The position numbers and the translations under genes were made by a program. The notes beneath the pieces were generated by a model. It saw nothing but the letters and a program-made list of their open reading frames with translations, did not search any database and was not told the origin of the DNA. 64,000 nucleotides of DNA from Podarcis gaigeae (lineage: Eukaryota), in assembly GCA_964106915.2 (NCBI GenBank), contig OZ066921.1; one strand, written 5' to 3'. Shown here piece by piece: positions 1-12,639 of the stretch. Positions within the stretch are counted from its first letter, which is position 1; each line of letters opens with the position of its first letter.

Positions 1-997
1 AATATAGAAATATTCCTCTAGGTAGCCTCTGCCCCTCCTAAGCTGCCAGCCTGTTCAGCTCAACGGCAGGATTCCTGGCCCCTGAGGAAGGCGTCCCCAA
101 AGGCAGGACCCGACGACCACGGCTAGCTGGGGCACGGCTTCCATGGGTAGTTTGGGCCGGCACTTCTCAGAACCCAAAACAAAGGTCTGGGCGAAAGACG
201 CACTTGGCACCATCCACCGCAAACCCCCGGACATTTGGTCTTCACCACCACCACCACCCTCCCCGCGGAGACGACTCGGTTTGTTATGAGGAAACAGCAA
301 AAAAGAAAAAAAGGAAAAAGGCGCAGTTGCAAATATTTAGATAAGTGCAGAACGACGACTCCTCAGCACTAAGCCAGCAAGGCACAGGGGGCCGGCCCCA
401 GGGTGGAGTGGACTGGGGCGCGGGGGGGGGGACTCCTGCTTGCAACTCTCCGGGTGCCCCCTACCTAGGCAGGAGAGCGCTGGGCCGAGGGCGCTCGGGG
501 GCTCCGGTGACATGTCGGCAGGCAGCGTGCCTGGGCACCGCCTCCGGAGCAGGGGGTAGGGGCTGCCTCCCCGGGAAGCGCGGCGAGGAGGCCGGCGGAG
601 GGGAGCCGCGGCGGCGGGCGGGCATCGCAGCCATTTCCCGGCCACCCTCTTCGCTGCCCTATCGATTATGCAGATGGGCCGATCAATCTACCCTCTGCCG
701 AGCCGAGCGCCGAGGCACTCCTGCCTGCCAAGGCGAGGCAAAGCGGAGAGGCAGCCCGCCCGCCCGCCGGACTCTCCTCCGCGCCTCGCCGCTGACCGAC
801 GGCCAGCCCAGCCCGGGCAGCTCATTCTTCTCCTCGTGGGCCGCCTCTCTCTCCTGCCTGCTTGCGATCGGTCGGAAACACCTGCGAGGGCGAGGGACAC
901 AAAGTTTGCCGGGGGGGCCCCGATCCAGGCGGGGGGCTGGCCGAGCCAGCCCCATGCAAAGCAGCCCAGGCGGGGCGGCGGAAAAGTTGCCACTTAC

Positions 998-1440
998 GCG
1001 GCTGGCGGCGGCGTCCTCCCTCCTTCCTCCTCTTCTTCTTCGTCTCCCCCTCCTGCTGCTGCTCCGGCGAGGCGGTTAATCCCGGGAGAAGGCGGCGGCG
1101 GCGGGGCTACAGATCCCATGAAGGCTGCAGGATCGGCGCGCTCCGAGGAGGAGCCCGGGGTGGCGGTGACGGGACGAGGCGGCGACCGGAGCAGGAGCGA
1201 CGGGGGCCAGAGCCAGGCGGGAGCCGCTTCCACTTGCGTCGCCGGCGCTGCTGCTGCTGCTGCCGTCGCCGCTGCTGCCCAGCAGCAGCAGCAGCATCGT
1301 TCTCGGGAGCGGGCGGGCGCCCCCCGGAGCGAGCGAGCGAGCAGAGGAAGGAAGAAGCGGGGCGGGCGAGCGAGCGAGCGGGGGGCCCGGACAGGCGAGC
1401 GGACGAGAGCCGGGCTGGCGGGGCGGCCGGAGCAGGAAGC
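998..1440 (-). other. Probable first exon (5'UTR and/or N-terminal coding) of an unidentified gene transcribed leftwards; TSS approximate
   Basis: Consensus splice donor on the minus strand (CCGC|GTAAGTG; exon ends at 998). It lies downstream of a CCAAT/NRF1/YY1-like cluster, and the exon body has 5'UTR-typical GCC, CAG and GAG runs. Minus-strand ATGs at 1297 and 1119. Confidence 0.6.
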
Positions 1441-1610
1441 GCCCGCGCTCAGATCTGCTGATTGGGGAGAAAAAAAAACTCTTTGGATCTTTATTCTGCT
1501 AATTAGTTTCCTGCAAAAAATGGCTGATTAGTGCAGTGCGCATGTGCCTCATTACCCAGGCACGACGGGAAGGGCTAATTAGCCACCTTCTGGATCAATA
1601 AGATTCAGCC
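1433..1610 (-). promoter_or_regulatory. Core/proximal promoter motif cluster
   Basis: CTGATTGG (NF-Y CCAATCAG on minus, 1458-1465), AAAATGGC (YY1-like, 1517-1524), TGCGCATGTGC (NRF1-like, 1537-1547), GCTAATTAG twice (1498 and 1574), ATCAATA (~1594) and CAGGAAG (ETS-like, 1433). Confidence 0.6.
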
Positions 1611-4600
1611 CAGGCGGCGGCGGGGGAGGGAGCGCGCGAGCGAAGCAGGGGAGGGGGGGTGGCGGCGGCGGCGAGGAGGAGAGAGGGGGAGGAGGCGCGG
1701 GAGGGAGCGGGCAAGTGAGGAGGGAGATAGGAGGGGGGCCGGCGGGGCAGCCAGGAGGGCCAGAGGGAGGAGAAAAGGAGGAAGCTCTCCCAAACCGGGA
1801 GGGGGGAAGGCGGAGAGAGGGAACGGGGACCAGTCCGGGCCGCTACCCCCCCCCCCGCATTCCATCGGGCTCCTCGGCCGCAGGGCCGCCTCCTCGTCCC
1901 CTCCCCCGCGGTGGGACGGGGCTGCAGCGGCGGCGGCGGGAAGTTGCCGAGAAAGTTGCTGCTCGGCGGGAGGAGCCCAACTTGGCCGCGGCCCCGATCC
2001 TCTGCCCCCGAGTTGGCCGGCTTTGCTCGTCTCGGGCTTCGGGTGTGCCGTCGCCGCAGGAGGAAGCAGCTGCATTCCTGCGTTCCCCACCAAAGGTCGC
2101 TTCTTCGCGGCCCCCGTAACGGGCTGCGCCGTTTCCTCGTGCCCCGCTGAGTCGCTTCGGCCAGCCGCTGGGTTTGGAGCCTTTGGAGGAAGCTTCCTCC
2201 CCGCCTCACCACCCAAGTTCTTTCCCCCCGGAATGGCCGAAGAAGTCGGCAAAGGCGGCTGGCGTGGAAGTACGGGAGCCGCTGGAGCGGAGATCTTCTG
2301 CCCTCCGCCGCACTTTGATTCCCTTTTCGGAAGGGCGCCGTTCTGCCTCCCCTTCCAGCTTCCTGCATTTCTGCTGGGGTGGCGAGGCCGGCTCTGGACA
2401 TGTTTGTTTGCTCAAAGACAACCGGTAAACGGGGACTGCCGAATTGATACAGGCACGCATCCTTCAGCGGCTTTTTCCTTTGGGGTTGGGTGGCTTTTTA
2501 GAACGTGTCGCAGCGAATGCACCGAACGAGCGGAGCTTTCTCGGTATTTTAGATGCTAGCTAACAGATTAAAACTGTACGTATTTAATTCGAGACATTCT
2601 GCAACCACTATTCGTGTGTATGTAATAACAAGTATGCATAATGGTGAATGTATCCGTAGGAGGCGTGCGGAGGTGCCGTGTCTGCCTTGCAGATATTTAT
2701 GTGACCGCTTTCGGGTACTTGGTACCCACACGTTTGTTTTCTCTTTGTTTTAGTTTGATGGCAAAATGTTTTTTTAAAAAAATAATTAATTTTTCTAGAA
2801 ATGAGAGTGCTGGACGCTCCTGAGTGCATTTTTTCAGTTTGTCAACTATAGTTTGTGCCCCTCATCCCTGGGGAAGGAAATCCAAATTGATGATCAATCT
2901 GTGTAGCAGGAATGCCTCCTACTACTCTTGGCATTTGAGCTCTGCAGAAAAGCGACAGGGATGGGGGCCAAACCAAAGTGCTTGGGTTTCTACTAAGGAA
3001 GCGAGAGAACATCTGGGGAGGTGTAGGGTGTTTAATTTTGCTGCAAATAGTGTCTTATCCAGAGATCATGGGCACCTCTTCCACCCCCAGTTTGTCTGTA
3101 TGTGCCTCAGCCCAGCTAGCTGGCTTGTGTACTGCAGTCCTTCCATCTCCTTTCACATGTGGATTCTATCAGTGTAAACATGCCAAAGCACATCTGTCTG
3201 TACAATTAATACGATGATCCAAGCATCATTCTTTAATTGGCTTTCTCAGCTGTTCGCCCCCCCCCCCCTTGTAGTCTTGTTCCGCTCTGATTTCCAGATC
3301 TAAGTTACCCTAAATAGAAGGCTGCTTTTACCACTAAGGCAGAAGAAGGGTTAATATGCAGTAGCAAAAGAGTGGTGTGCTCTGGGGCATTTTTAGCTGC
3401 CTCTGGAAAAGGTGTAGGGGAGATAATCAAAACCTGGCTAACTATGGGCTTAAGCTTTGGCAGGTGCCAGAAGTAGAGGTGGAAGAACAGCTCTGACTTC
3501 TAGGCAGGATGGAAGAAATTGGAAGCTTTCTTCTTCCTAACGCAGAAGAGAACAAAATTGCCCAAAATGATATGGGCTCAATAGTATCTCAGAGATCAAA
3601 TAGAGGTGCTTGATACAGCTTGTGAACTGCTGTATTTTTTGAAGTTTTTGCCAGATGGGTATTAATTAAAAAATACTCTTATTAATAGAGAAATGTTCCT
3701 GGGTGAGCAGACAGCTCACTATAACTGCTGTGAACAACTGAACACATACATTCAGAGAAAATGTGGTGTTAACACTGGAAAAAGGCACATTGTAAGACCC
3801 CCCCCCCAATTAAATATTTACCTAAAGAAAAATACAAGAAATGACAAACTTTTCTTTTGTGAAATGGCTACATAGGTAGGAGCACCTTGTGAAAACCAGC
3901 AAGTTTATTTAGCTTTTTTTGTCTCTTAAGACAAAAGTGCTGGAAATAGAAAAGGTGAGGTGGGGATTCTTGCTGTAAGGCATTTGGTCTGCCAAGCACT
4001 GATTTGGCTGAATATACCGTAGTCCCCCTCTGTAAACTGAAGTAGGAGATCCATAACAGTCCCAAACATGGATGAGACTGACTCATCACTCTAAACTGAG
4101 TTATACAAAGAGATCAAATGGTAAAAATTGAAGTAACTTGTGGAATAAAAGCTATTGGAAATGCTGCAATGTTGTGCTATTTTCGGATGTAGGACTGCTC
4201 CCCCCCCCCCCCGCACCTGAATTAAACTGGGGAGGGGTACACTTAAGCCAGAGGTTACAGGATTGAAAGTTCTATTAGCTCAACTTGCCTGTTGCCTTGA
4301 GCCATGGTAAAGTTATACTGCCTTGGGGTCAATGGACTTGAGCTTCTTTTCTAAGATGTAACCTTCCTTGCTGAAAGACACCTCAGGGTATGTACAGTAA
4401 TTTTGTTGTTGCTGCTTGAAAATGTAGCAAAGGAGCGAGAATGCAGCTTGCAAAAGTAAACACATCTAATGCTGTGAAAATGTGGGTCAACTTAGATGTA
4501 TGGCCACTAAGCTAGCAATATATTACTTCTGTATAAAGTTCCTAACAGTTGCTGCTAAACAAATGTTAGGCATGGTACTAGTAAACTATTTGAAGGTACC

Positions 4601-6391
4601 GTATTTATCAGAATTCGCATTCTGTCTGCTCCTTCGCAATGGATATGTGCAATCAACACCTAATACCAGGAGTATGCAGCCTTCTCAGCATTTCTTTTCC
4701 TAATTTAGCTGCACAGTCTATAAATGCTTTGATTGTATTTTGATTTGGAAATTTTCTTGTTTGAACAAAATCAACTCCACAGCACAGGGGAGGAAAAGGA
4801 AATGGCTGCTGTTAAATAAGTAGAGCTGATGTATTAATGTGAGGGCTTCACAGATCAGAAACTCTTGAGGGCTGCTTCCCTCTACATGGCAAGTCAAAGC
4901 AGCCTCTGGGGCTGAGATGCAGAAATGACACTGGGATCTTAAGAGGGGAGCCGGAGAGATGGACTGTTGCAAAGCTCCTCAAACCAGAAGGCTGATTTAT
5001 ATCAGCAAGTGTGTTATTGCTTAAAGGGTTGTGACTCGGGATCTGCCTTTTTGTACAGAAAGACAGCAGAAGATCTGTTTACATTTCTTCTCGAGAGAAG
5101 TTTTCTCTAGCCTCTTCAAAGAGACTTTTTTCTTCATGAACACCCTATCCTCCCCACCCCCCTGCACATAGTATCATAGTCAATTAGAATGGGTGGCTAT
5201 CAGTGAATTAAGTTACACCTCACCTTTCTATATCATACTGTACAGAGGCAGCAATCGGGTATTGTTTCTAGTCTATTATCCTTGTTATACTAACATTTGT
5301 TACTAACAGACCTTGTATGACAGCCGACAATACAATGGAACTATTTTATATTTAATGTGACATTTTTAATTGTTGGAGAAAAAACTTTAATCAGTATATT
5401 TGCTAAATTCTTTCTTATTCAAAGTCTTTGCTTATACACAGCTTTAGTTGATACTGTCTGATTATTATATTGATGTCAACTTAAAATTTATCCCAATAAG
5501 GACAGTTACTAAGAGTTTGCACTGTTTGTTTAAGGAAAATTAAGTAAATATGAATTTAAATTAAAACCTAGGATTGAATTATAGGCTGAAGGTGCAGTCT
5601 CCCTTCTCCAGTACCATTCATAGAACTTGATTTGGTAAACCTATCAAATGATATTTTAAAAGAGTCCTTCTCTGCTTAAATCTACCTTCAAAACCACAGC
5701 CTCACACACAAGACATCCTATAAATATTTAAAGGAGTTAGATCCCTGGGTATATTTGCCTGCCTGCCTGTCCTTGTATGTAACTGGGAAATACCTGGTTT
5801 ATTGCTTTTCTGCATGAAAACCTGAACCATTAAAAAAATTACACATATGTATTGCTATGGGGAAGCTCTTAATAGCCACTCTTTTCATTACCTGACATGC
5901 AGATACCTAGCTGCACAAAATCATGCATCCTAGCTTTTGATAGATGCAATACTGCAGGTACCTTGCTCATGATCATATATGTTAATCTCTCTCTGGAGCC
6001 TTATTTCTAAAGCTCAAATTAAATGAGGCCAAGAATTGCTTTAATATAGTTTTGCTAGATACACAACCCATTGGACAAACATTAAACTTGGTGAATATTT
6101 ATTTATTGTAGTCTGAGGAAGTATATGTGCAAGTCTTCTTGTCTGCAAACAGAACCCCTTATTTTTCAGGGGGATGAGTAATAATGTTTACAAAAGTGGC
6201 TTACAGAGACCCAGATTCTCCAACAATTCCTCCGATCAACTGAGACCTGGATGGCAGTGGCATCTTCTCAGCTTTTTGAGTGCCAATGCCAAGAATTCTG
6301 CAGGTGCCAAGCTTTGAGATGCCCCCCTACCCACAGCAGTTTTATGAAAGTCTGTGTCAGTACTGGACAGCTTCCCGTCTGTCTTTGAATG

Positions 6392-6395
<4 letters not shown>

Positions 6396-6428
<33 letters not shown>
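6396..6428. repeat. (TG)n microsatellite
   Basis: About 16 perfect TG units. Confidence 0.97.
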
Positions 6429-6429
<1 letters not shown>

Positions 6430-7504
6430 GCTACTTTTTTCACCAGGTGCCTTAGCTGAAAGGTAAGCCTAACTGGTCTGTAGTCCGGTGCTATGGTCTG
6501 GACAGTGCTGAACCTGGCTTTCCTTTTGTCTTGGCTGTTAAAGAAGTAGTACTACCTATTTCCTTCTTTCCCAACCAAAGCTGTTCTGCAGTTTTCTAGT
6601 GGAACAGCTAGAGATTTTGGAATGGTGAACTAATGATTACTAGTCTGAATATTTCCCCCCATATCTCTATAAAGTCTCAATCCTGCAAACACCATACACA
6701 CACTAACCCTTATAGAGCTAAAAGGTATGAGTCCAGAGATACCCCTGTTACCTGGCATAGTATGCTCTTGCTGCCAGGCTGAGAAAATGGTGAAGGAAGA
6801 AGGTAAGAGGTCCTCTCAAAAAAGCAAAAAGTCTGAAGTCTTTAACCGTTCCTCCTCTCCTAAAAGAGAGCCAATGCTGCAGGAAAACATTTGCTCATCG
6901 TGCTGCTTAAGCCAGCACACTTGAATGATATTCTTCCGGGAAGTGCTTACTGCTAGCTGGAGCTGTGCTGTGTGTTCACTGTATCCTATCAGTATCCACC
7001 AATCCATTGCGAGTGCCTTCAGAGCTGTCTGTTAAGATAGTTCAAAAGCCTGCTTTTCCCAATAGGGGTTGGAGAGTGTGTGTACAAGTGCTTTCTGGGA
7101 TAGCCTGGCATTACTGTTCTAGTTTCTTCAAAGAGAGTAAGAAATAAACTATTTTGTTGTTGTTTCTTTCTGCCCATTTGTTCAAGAGGCAAATACTGCT
7201 CTTCCCAGTTTCTGGCTTAAAAAAATCCTGTGCTAGTGTGTGTCCCTACAGAAGACAGAACCAGGAGCACCATTCCATCTTTCCTTTGCCGCCAACTTGT
7301 AGATCTGTATTAATTTGTCTTGACATAGATTTCAGACATCAGAATCCTGAGTGCATTTCTTAATTAAAATATGAATAATGGCAATTGAAGGTGCCACAAT
7401 GTGAAAGAGTCAACTAAGCTTCAGTCCACTGAGGGTAAATTAGAGGTACCCATGACAGCTCTAAGGCAGATAGGGGGTTGGAGTGGAATGTACCTCTGTA
7501 AACT

Positions 7505-7950
7505 ATTACTAGGCTAAGTTCAAGGTGTTGGTTTTGGTATATAAAGTCCTTTACAGCATGGGACCAGGATACCTGAAATATTATACCCTGTATATACCCA
7601 ATCACTGTGATCTGTGGGTGAGGACCTTCTGCAGACCCCAGCTTATGGGATGCCTTCCCCAGAGAGGTTTGCCTGGCACCAACACTCCATGATTTTTTAG
7701 TTGTAGGTGAAGAAGCCCTTCCTGTTGTCACAGGACTTTTAATGACAATCTATCAGGTGCTCTAATTTTTCCACCAAGCTCTCTTTTGCTGTGTTTGATG
7801 CCATGTTTAAATTGTTTTGGCTACTGTGTTTTGTTGGTTTTAGGTTTTTTTTGTTTAGCTCCCTGCTTTGTAAATTTTCTTTATTAAATATTAAAAGTGT
7901 TATTTTATTGTAAATTCTATTTTGGTATTTTATTGTCTATGTAAGCTACA
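7505..7950 (+). mobile_element. Decayed L2 LINE 3' fragment
   Basis: GGCTAAGTTCAAGGTGTTGGTTTTGGTATATAAAGTCCTTTACAGCATGGGACCAGGATACCTGAA (the L2 'FKVLVLxYKAL..LGP.YL' region), then a T-rich 3'UTR. Similar text occurs in the L2 copies at 18070-18120 (minus) and 29610-29675. Confidence 0.65.
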
Positions 7951-10789
7951 CATGAAATGAAAAGCACATATAATGGGTGTTCCATAAATAAATATATTTT
8001 TTTAAAAAAATACATGCATATATATATATATATATATATCTCCTTACCATAGAAGCAGAAGTTAGTAATAGCCTACAATTTTCTATGGACATTGCACTAA
8101 CCTCCTTTGCATCACTAGACATATGCATATTTATTACTTTAAAATTTTATTTAGGACATATACTGAATTTCTCATTCAAAAGCCAGTGTGGGCATTTGTA
8201 GGTCCTATTCTCTTCAACAGACTCTTATGTTCAAAGTAGACTGCAATCCTAATGTGGGAGTTATCAAGGTAGCTTAACGCCCTTATCTGAGCTTGAGCTA
8301 TCAGCATAAGTGAGACCGGAGGAACAAATGATATTTCCATCTGTTTCCTGGTTGTTTTTAATTGTGTCCAATGGTAGGGGAAATAGTGGGTTGGTGGGAG
8401 TTTAAACATACTCTGAAGCATGTTTAAATCTCCCAATTTGAGGGTATGGTAGGGGAGTGGGAGGGTTTAGAATCCTCTGGATCTCAGCCACTTCCCAGAA
8501 ATCCTCCCCTTTAAAAACTCTTATGACATCAAGTAGGCTAGAGCTTCAGAGGAGCCATCAGCACTGGAGAGGAAGGCTCTGACATCAAAGGGCCTCCCAA
8601 GAATCAGAAATGCACACTTTTCATTATTAGGTGAATTTTATGCAGGTTTATGCAGTGGGGTCCTGCAATTCTGCAACCTGACTGTCCCTCAGTTGTTATA
8701 TTCCTCCTATACATTACAGGCAAGTTACATGAAGAGTGAGATCTTCATACTTTTCACTGCCTGAGCCTATGACAAGCACCTACTCCGAGCAGCTGCATGT
8801 GTTGCTGGTCCTCTAGGCTTGGGTCTTCTGCCCGTGGTTGACAGGAAAGGCTGGATGACTCGGCAGCCAGCATCAGGGTAGTGGTGAGACAGCAATGGCA
8901 TCTTGTCTAACTGGACTTGCAGGGTAAGAGGGCCATCAGGTTTTCACACTAAGCATCAAGAGAGCAGCACTCACAGAAGCAAGCTACTAAGCTTCAGCCA
9001 CACTTGTTTTCATTCTGCAAAATAGAATCTGTCTGCTTGGAGTGTTTATAATGGGATAGCAACACACAGGCATCAGGATCTGCTACATGGGATGTCTATT
9101 CCTCTTGTTTGAATGGTGATAAGAAAAAGTGCCCAGAGGGGGCAGGAAAAGCAAATGCTTTTGGCTCCCAGTCACACTGGAAAAAGGGGGATGGAATGGT
9201 AAAGGGAACCCTGGTGTAGCCCTTAAGTCTCTCAGTGGAGAGAGAGGAACAATCTACTTGAAACTCTGACTGAATCTTTCTGAACAGTGAGGTCTCCCAG
9301 CTGAGTCTGCATGAGTAAGCGTCTGCCAGAATCACAGGATTGGCTGAGCTTTATGTGAAGGCTTTGCTGAAAGGCTTGTTAAGGAAGCACTGCTGACCAG
9401 GCCATCCAATTGCATCACGCTTCAGAAACGAAATGTGCTGCAGCTGGGAATCACAAGTTGGTGGCTTCCGGCAACAGAGGGATAAAATAACCAACTCTTT
9501 CCCACCCTTGGGGCCTGTGCCTCAGAGAATCTCCTGCACTTCCACCCAGCAGCTAGAGCCAATCTAGTAAGGAAAATGAAAGCACTTTCTCCTGCAGGCT
9601 GTGTGAAGTGGGTTGGAGGGTCAGTTACATCAACTTTCCCCAAAATAAAAAATGCAATTATTTATTAATTTATGAATGGCCTTTGGCAAGTGTCAAGGTA
9701 ATTTACAAACAAAAACAGCTAACTATAATTGCAATTTAAAAACAGTATAAAATGAACATCTAGGGCAGAGATTTTTTTTCATCCAGTGGATGTTAGTCTC
9801 ATATTGCTTTTGTTATGTATCCTGTGGTGTGGAGTTTGAGCCTGGCAGTGTCTAAGATGCTGCAAGATTCTTCACATGCAAAGGTTCTGTGTTTCCACTG
9901 AAATCCAAGGAAGCACAGGAAACACATTTGGTTTACTAGCACACACTCTCCCATTAACCCAGTCCTCTACTAGTTCACAATACTGGACTACGCGGTACAG
10001 CAAGCCACCTCTCCATGATGTACCCAATAGCACTGGTGACTTAAGCTGCAGTCCTTTACTCACTTGAATACTGTAAATGCTGTTGAATTCAACAGGGCTT
10101 ACTTCTAAGTAGAATTGCACTATAAACCAGTGGGTTTTGAAAATACTGAGGTGACAGTAAAATGGCAAAATGAAGAAGTGGGTGCTTGCTGGGGCCTCTA
10201 GCATAAGGTGCATTAACAATTGTGGCTCTGGGGACCTGGAATCGTCCTGTTCTCAAGTTGTATTGAACAAGCACCTTTATCTCAAAATGCTCTGGGTTTC
10301 AGGAAAAGTGCTTTTAGCAGCCCTCCAAGCTCTTGAGTTCCCTGGCTTGAAAGTATCTCCTCTTTTCCCTCAGCCTCCTCTTTGGGGAAAACTGCTAAGA
10401 GTGTTTAGTTACAAGTATGGACCTACCCAGCAACACACTTACTCCCTCCCTTCATCTTGCCTAGCAAAGAATTAAAATGCAAATCAGAATTAACGGGTCA
10501 CATTTAAAAGAGAGGAGTCTTCATATCTGATTTTTTGTTTACTTGGGCTTTTAATTTTGCATGTGAATTGGGACCCCTACAAACTGGCATTTTCTTGCTG
10601 GTGTATTCTGCAACATGTCATCCAAACAATAATAGTGTATTAGTGATGGATATATACTAGGCATCTGCACATAATTCTACTTTATTTGTAGAATTTGTAG
10701 AATGCTTCCCCAATGTTACTGTGTTATTGCCATCTGGAGGGGAACTCTTGTATTATAGTTCACACTATGTCCTTTCAAATATATTTATA

Positions 10790-10908
10790 GGAGGGGAGTT
10801 ATTGGGTTTTTTGTTCTTGTTTTTATTATGTATTTTGTGTTCTCATTTTGTATTTTTATATTGTGAACCACCTTGTGATCTTCAAATGCAGGGTGATATA
10901 CAAATTTG

Positions 10909-10953
<45 letters not shown>
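10790..10953 (+). mobile_element. LINE (L2-type) 3' terminus with (TAA)n tail
   Basis: T-rich UTR, then TGTGAACCACCTTGTGATC...GGGTGATATACAAAT, followed by about 14 TAA units (10911-10953). Confidence 0.6.
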
Positions 10954-10954
<1 letters not shown>

Positions 10955-12639
10955 TAGCACAACAAAAGCAGGTCATAAAACCCCTGGAACATTTGTGGTA
11001 TGAAAAGGTACTGGATTTCAGTAGGAAGCCATAGGACATGCACCTATTCCAAACAAAGCAGTATGATCACCCTGAACCATTTGAAGGTGCAAACAGTATT
11101 GAAAGCCAGGTTGCATGTAACAGCCCCAATATTATTATGAATGCACAATTTAAAACATATGTATATCACCTCCTCCTTGCAGATTGCTCTTCTTGCTCCC
11201 CACGTCTGCACATACAAATTCCTGCTGACCAAGATCATTGTCCATAAGGCTTTCCTGCACTAAGTTATTAGTGTGGCTGCCCCTCAGTATTGACTATCTG
11301 CATGTGCAAAAGGATAAATCACTTCAGGTCTCAAAGGCTTCCTTTATCACACAAGCCATTCCTTGCGCAATAAAGAAAATCCTATACCTCATCTCTTGCA
11401 CACAGTGATGCACATCTTCTTTCAGCATGATACATCTGTTGTGGGCTTGTTGGATTTCTACAGTATTCAGATGGTAATACTTTGTACCTGAGGTGAAATG
11501 GGGCCCTTCTCCAGAACAAGAGCATTTTCACTGCTGATGTGACTGTTCCCTGCAGGCAGTGCAGGGGGACTTCTAGACCCCAGAGGAAGTGAGGGAAATC
11601 CTAGCAGGTCCAGAATATGGAAGGAACCACCCATGTAGGTACCTTAGTTTTTCAAAGGGTCATTTATCCTGGGAACCATGTGGCAAGGTTTAGAGCTAGC
11701 ACTGGAAGCTTTCCCTGGGCACTTGGGCCCACAGCCAAAACATGCAGCTTAAAGGAAATGTAAAAGACACAAGAACCTAAAACTGTTTATTTTAACTCTC
11801 AGAAAGGCAGGGAGATGCTGGTGCCTCTGGATACTGCTGGCAGCCTAAGAAGTCAGATTCTTGGGGGAAAGGTTATAGCAGCTCATTAGAGTGCCTAATA
11901 AAACTGTCTACAGATGTTCACTGCCCATCCTGATACTCTTTGAAAGAATAGGACCTGAGTAGGTCCCAGATAAACCTGAATAGCATTTCATCACTCATGC
12001 AGCATTCCTTAGAACTGCACTAACAGAATCACCATGATTACAGGGCCCAGCAAGCATCCTGCTATGTGCTGACTGAATGCCACCTGAAAATATTGGTAGA
12101 AAGATGGTGGAATGTTGGTGGTCATTAGTCATTACATCCAATATCAGTGGGGCTTGTGAAACCCATCTTGCACACACACTGCCAACATGAAGAGGTACAC
12201 CTTGTCTTTGTGCTCCATACATCTACCCCAAAGCAATATAGCTAGGACTACAACTTCCTATCACTGCTGGATACCCACAAGGAAACATATAGTGCAATCA
12301 ATGTTAATCCTGAAGGCAATACATTGGTTGGTATGGAAGGAAGAGGCAGACAACACTAGAAAGGGTAGGAGGTTTCAAGAGGGACAAACAAGGTTACCGG
12401 TATATGGTGAGAGATAATTCAACTGTTGTACACCCATTTATCTCCATCATTAAACTACAACCTAGGCTTATATGCGTGGGCTCTATATGAAACAGAGCTG
12501 AGTCAGCTGAAAGCAAAAGGTGGCAGATCCCTAGAGGAAAACCAGCAGGAACTAGGGTGTATACAGTTTAAGACAAATCTGCCCTAAAAGGATAATGAGG
12601 GTGAAATTGTTTATGATGGCTCAAATGTGGAGAGGCACC

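Larger units (their letters stand above)
90..2560. promoter_or_regulatory. CpG island spanning a promoter and first exon
   Basis: Very high GC with dense CpG (GGCGGCGG, GCGAGCGAGC and CCCGCCCG runs), against CpG-depleted AT-rich DNA in the rest of the window. Confidence 0.95.

Noticed and set aside
998-1610. Assigning a gene symbol to the promoter and first exon
   Set aside because: No diagnostic coding sequence lies in the window, and I cannot identify the gene without a search.
337-2559. Many long overlapping ORFs (up to 287 aa) on both strands
   Set aside because: These are expected from stop-codon scarcity in a CpG island. The products are low-complexity R/G/A/P sequences with no recognisable domain.
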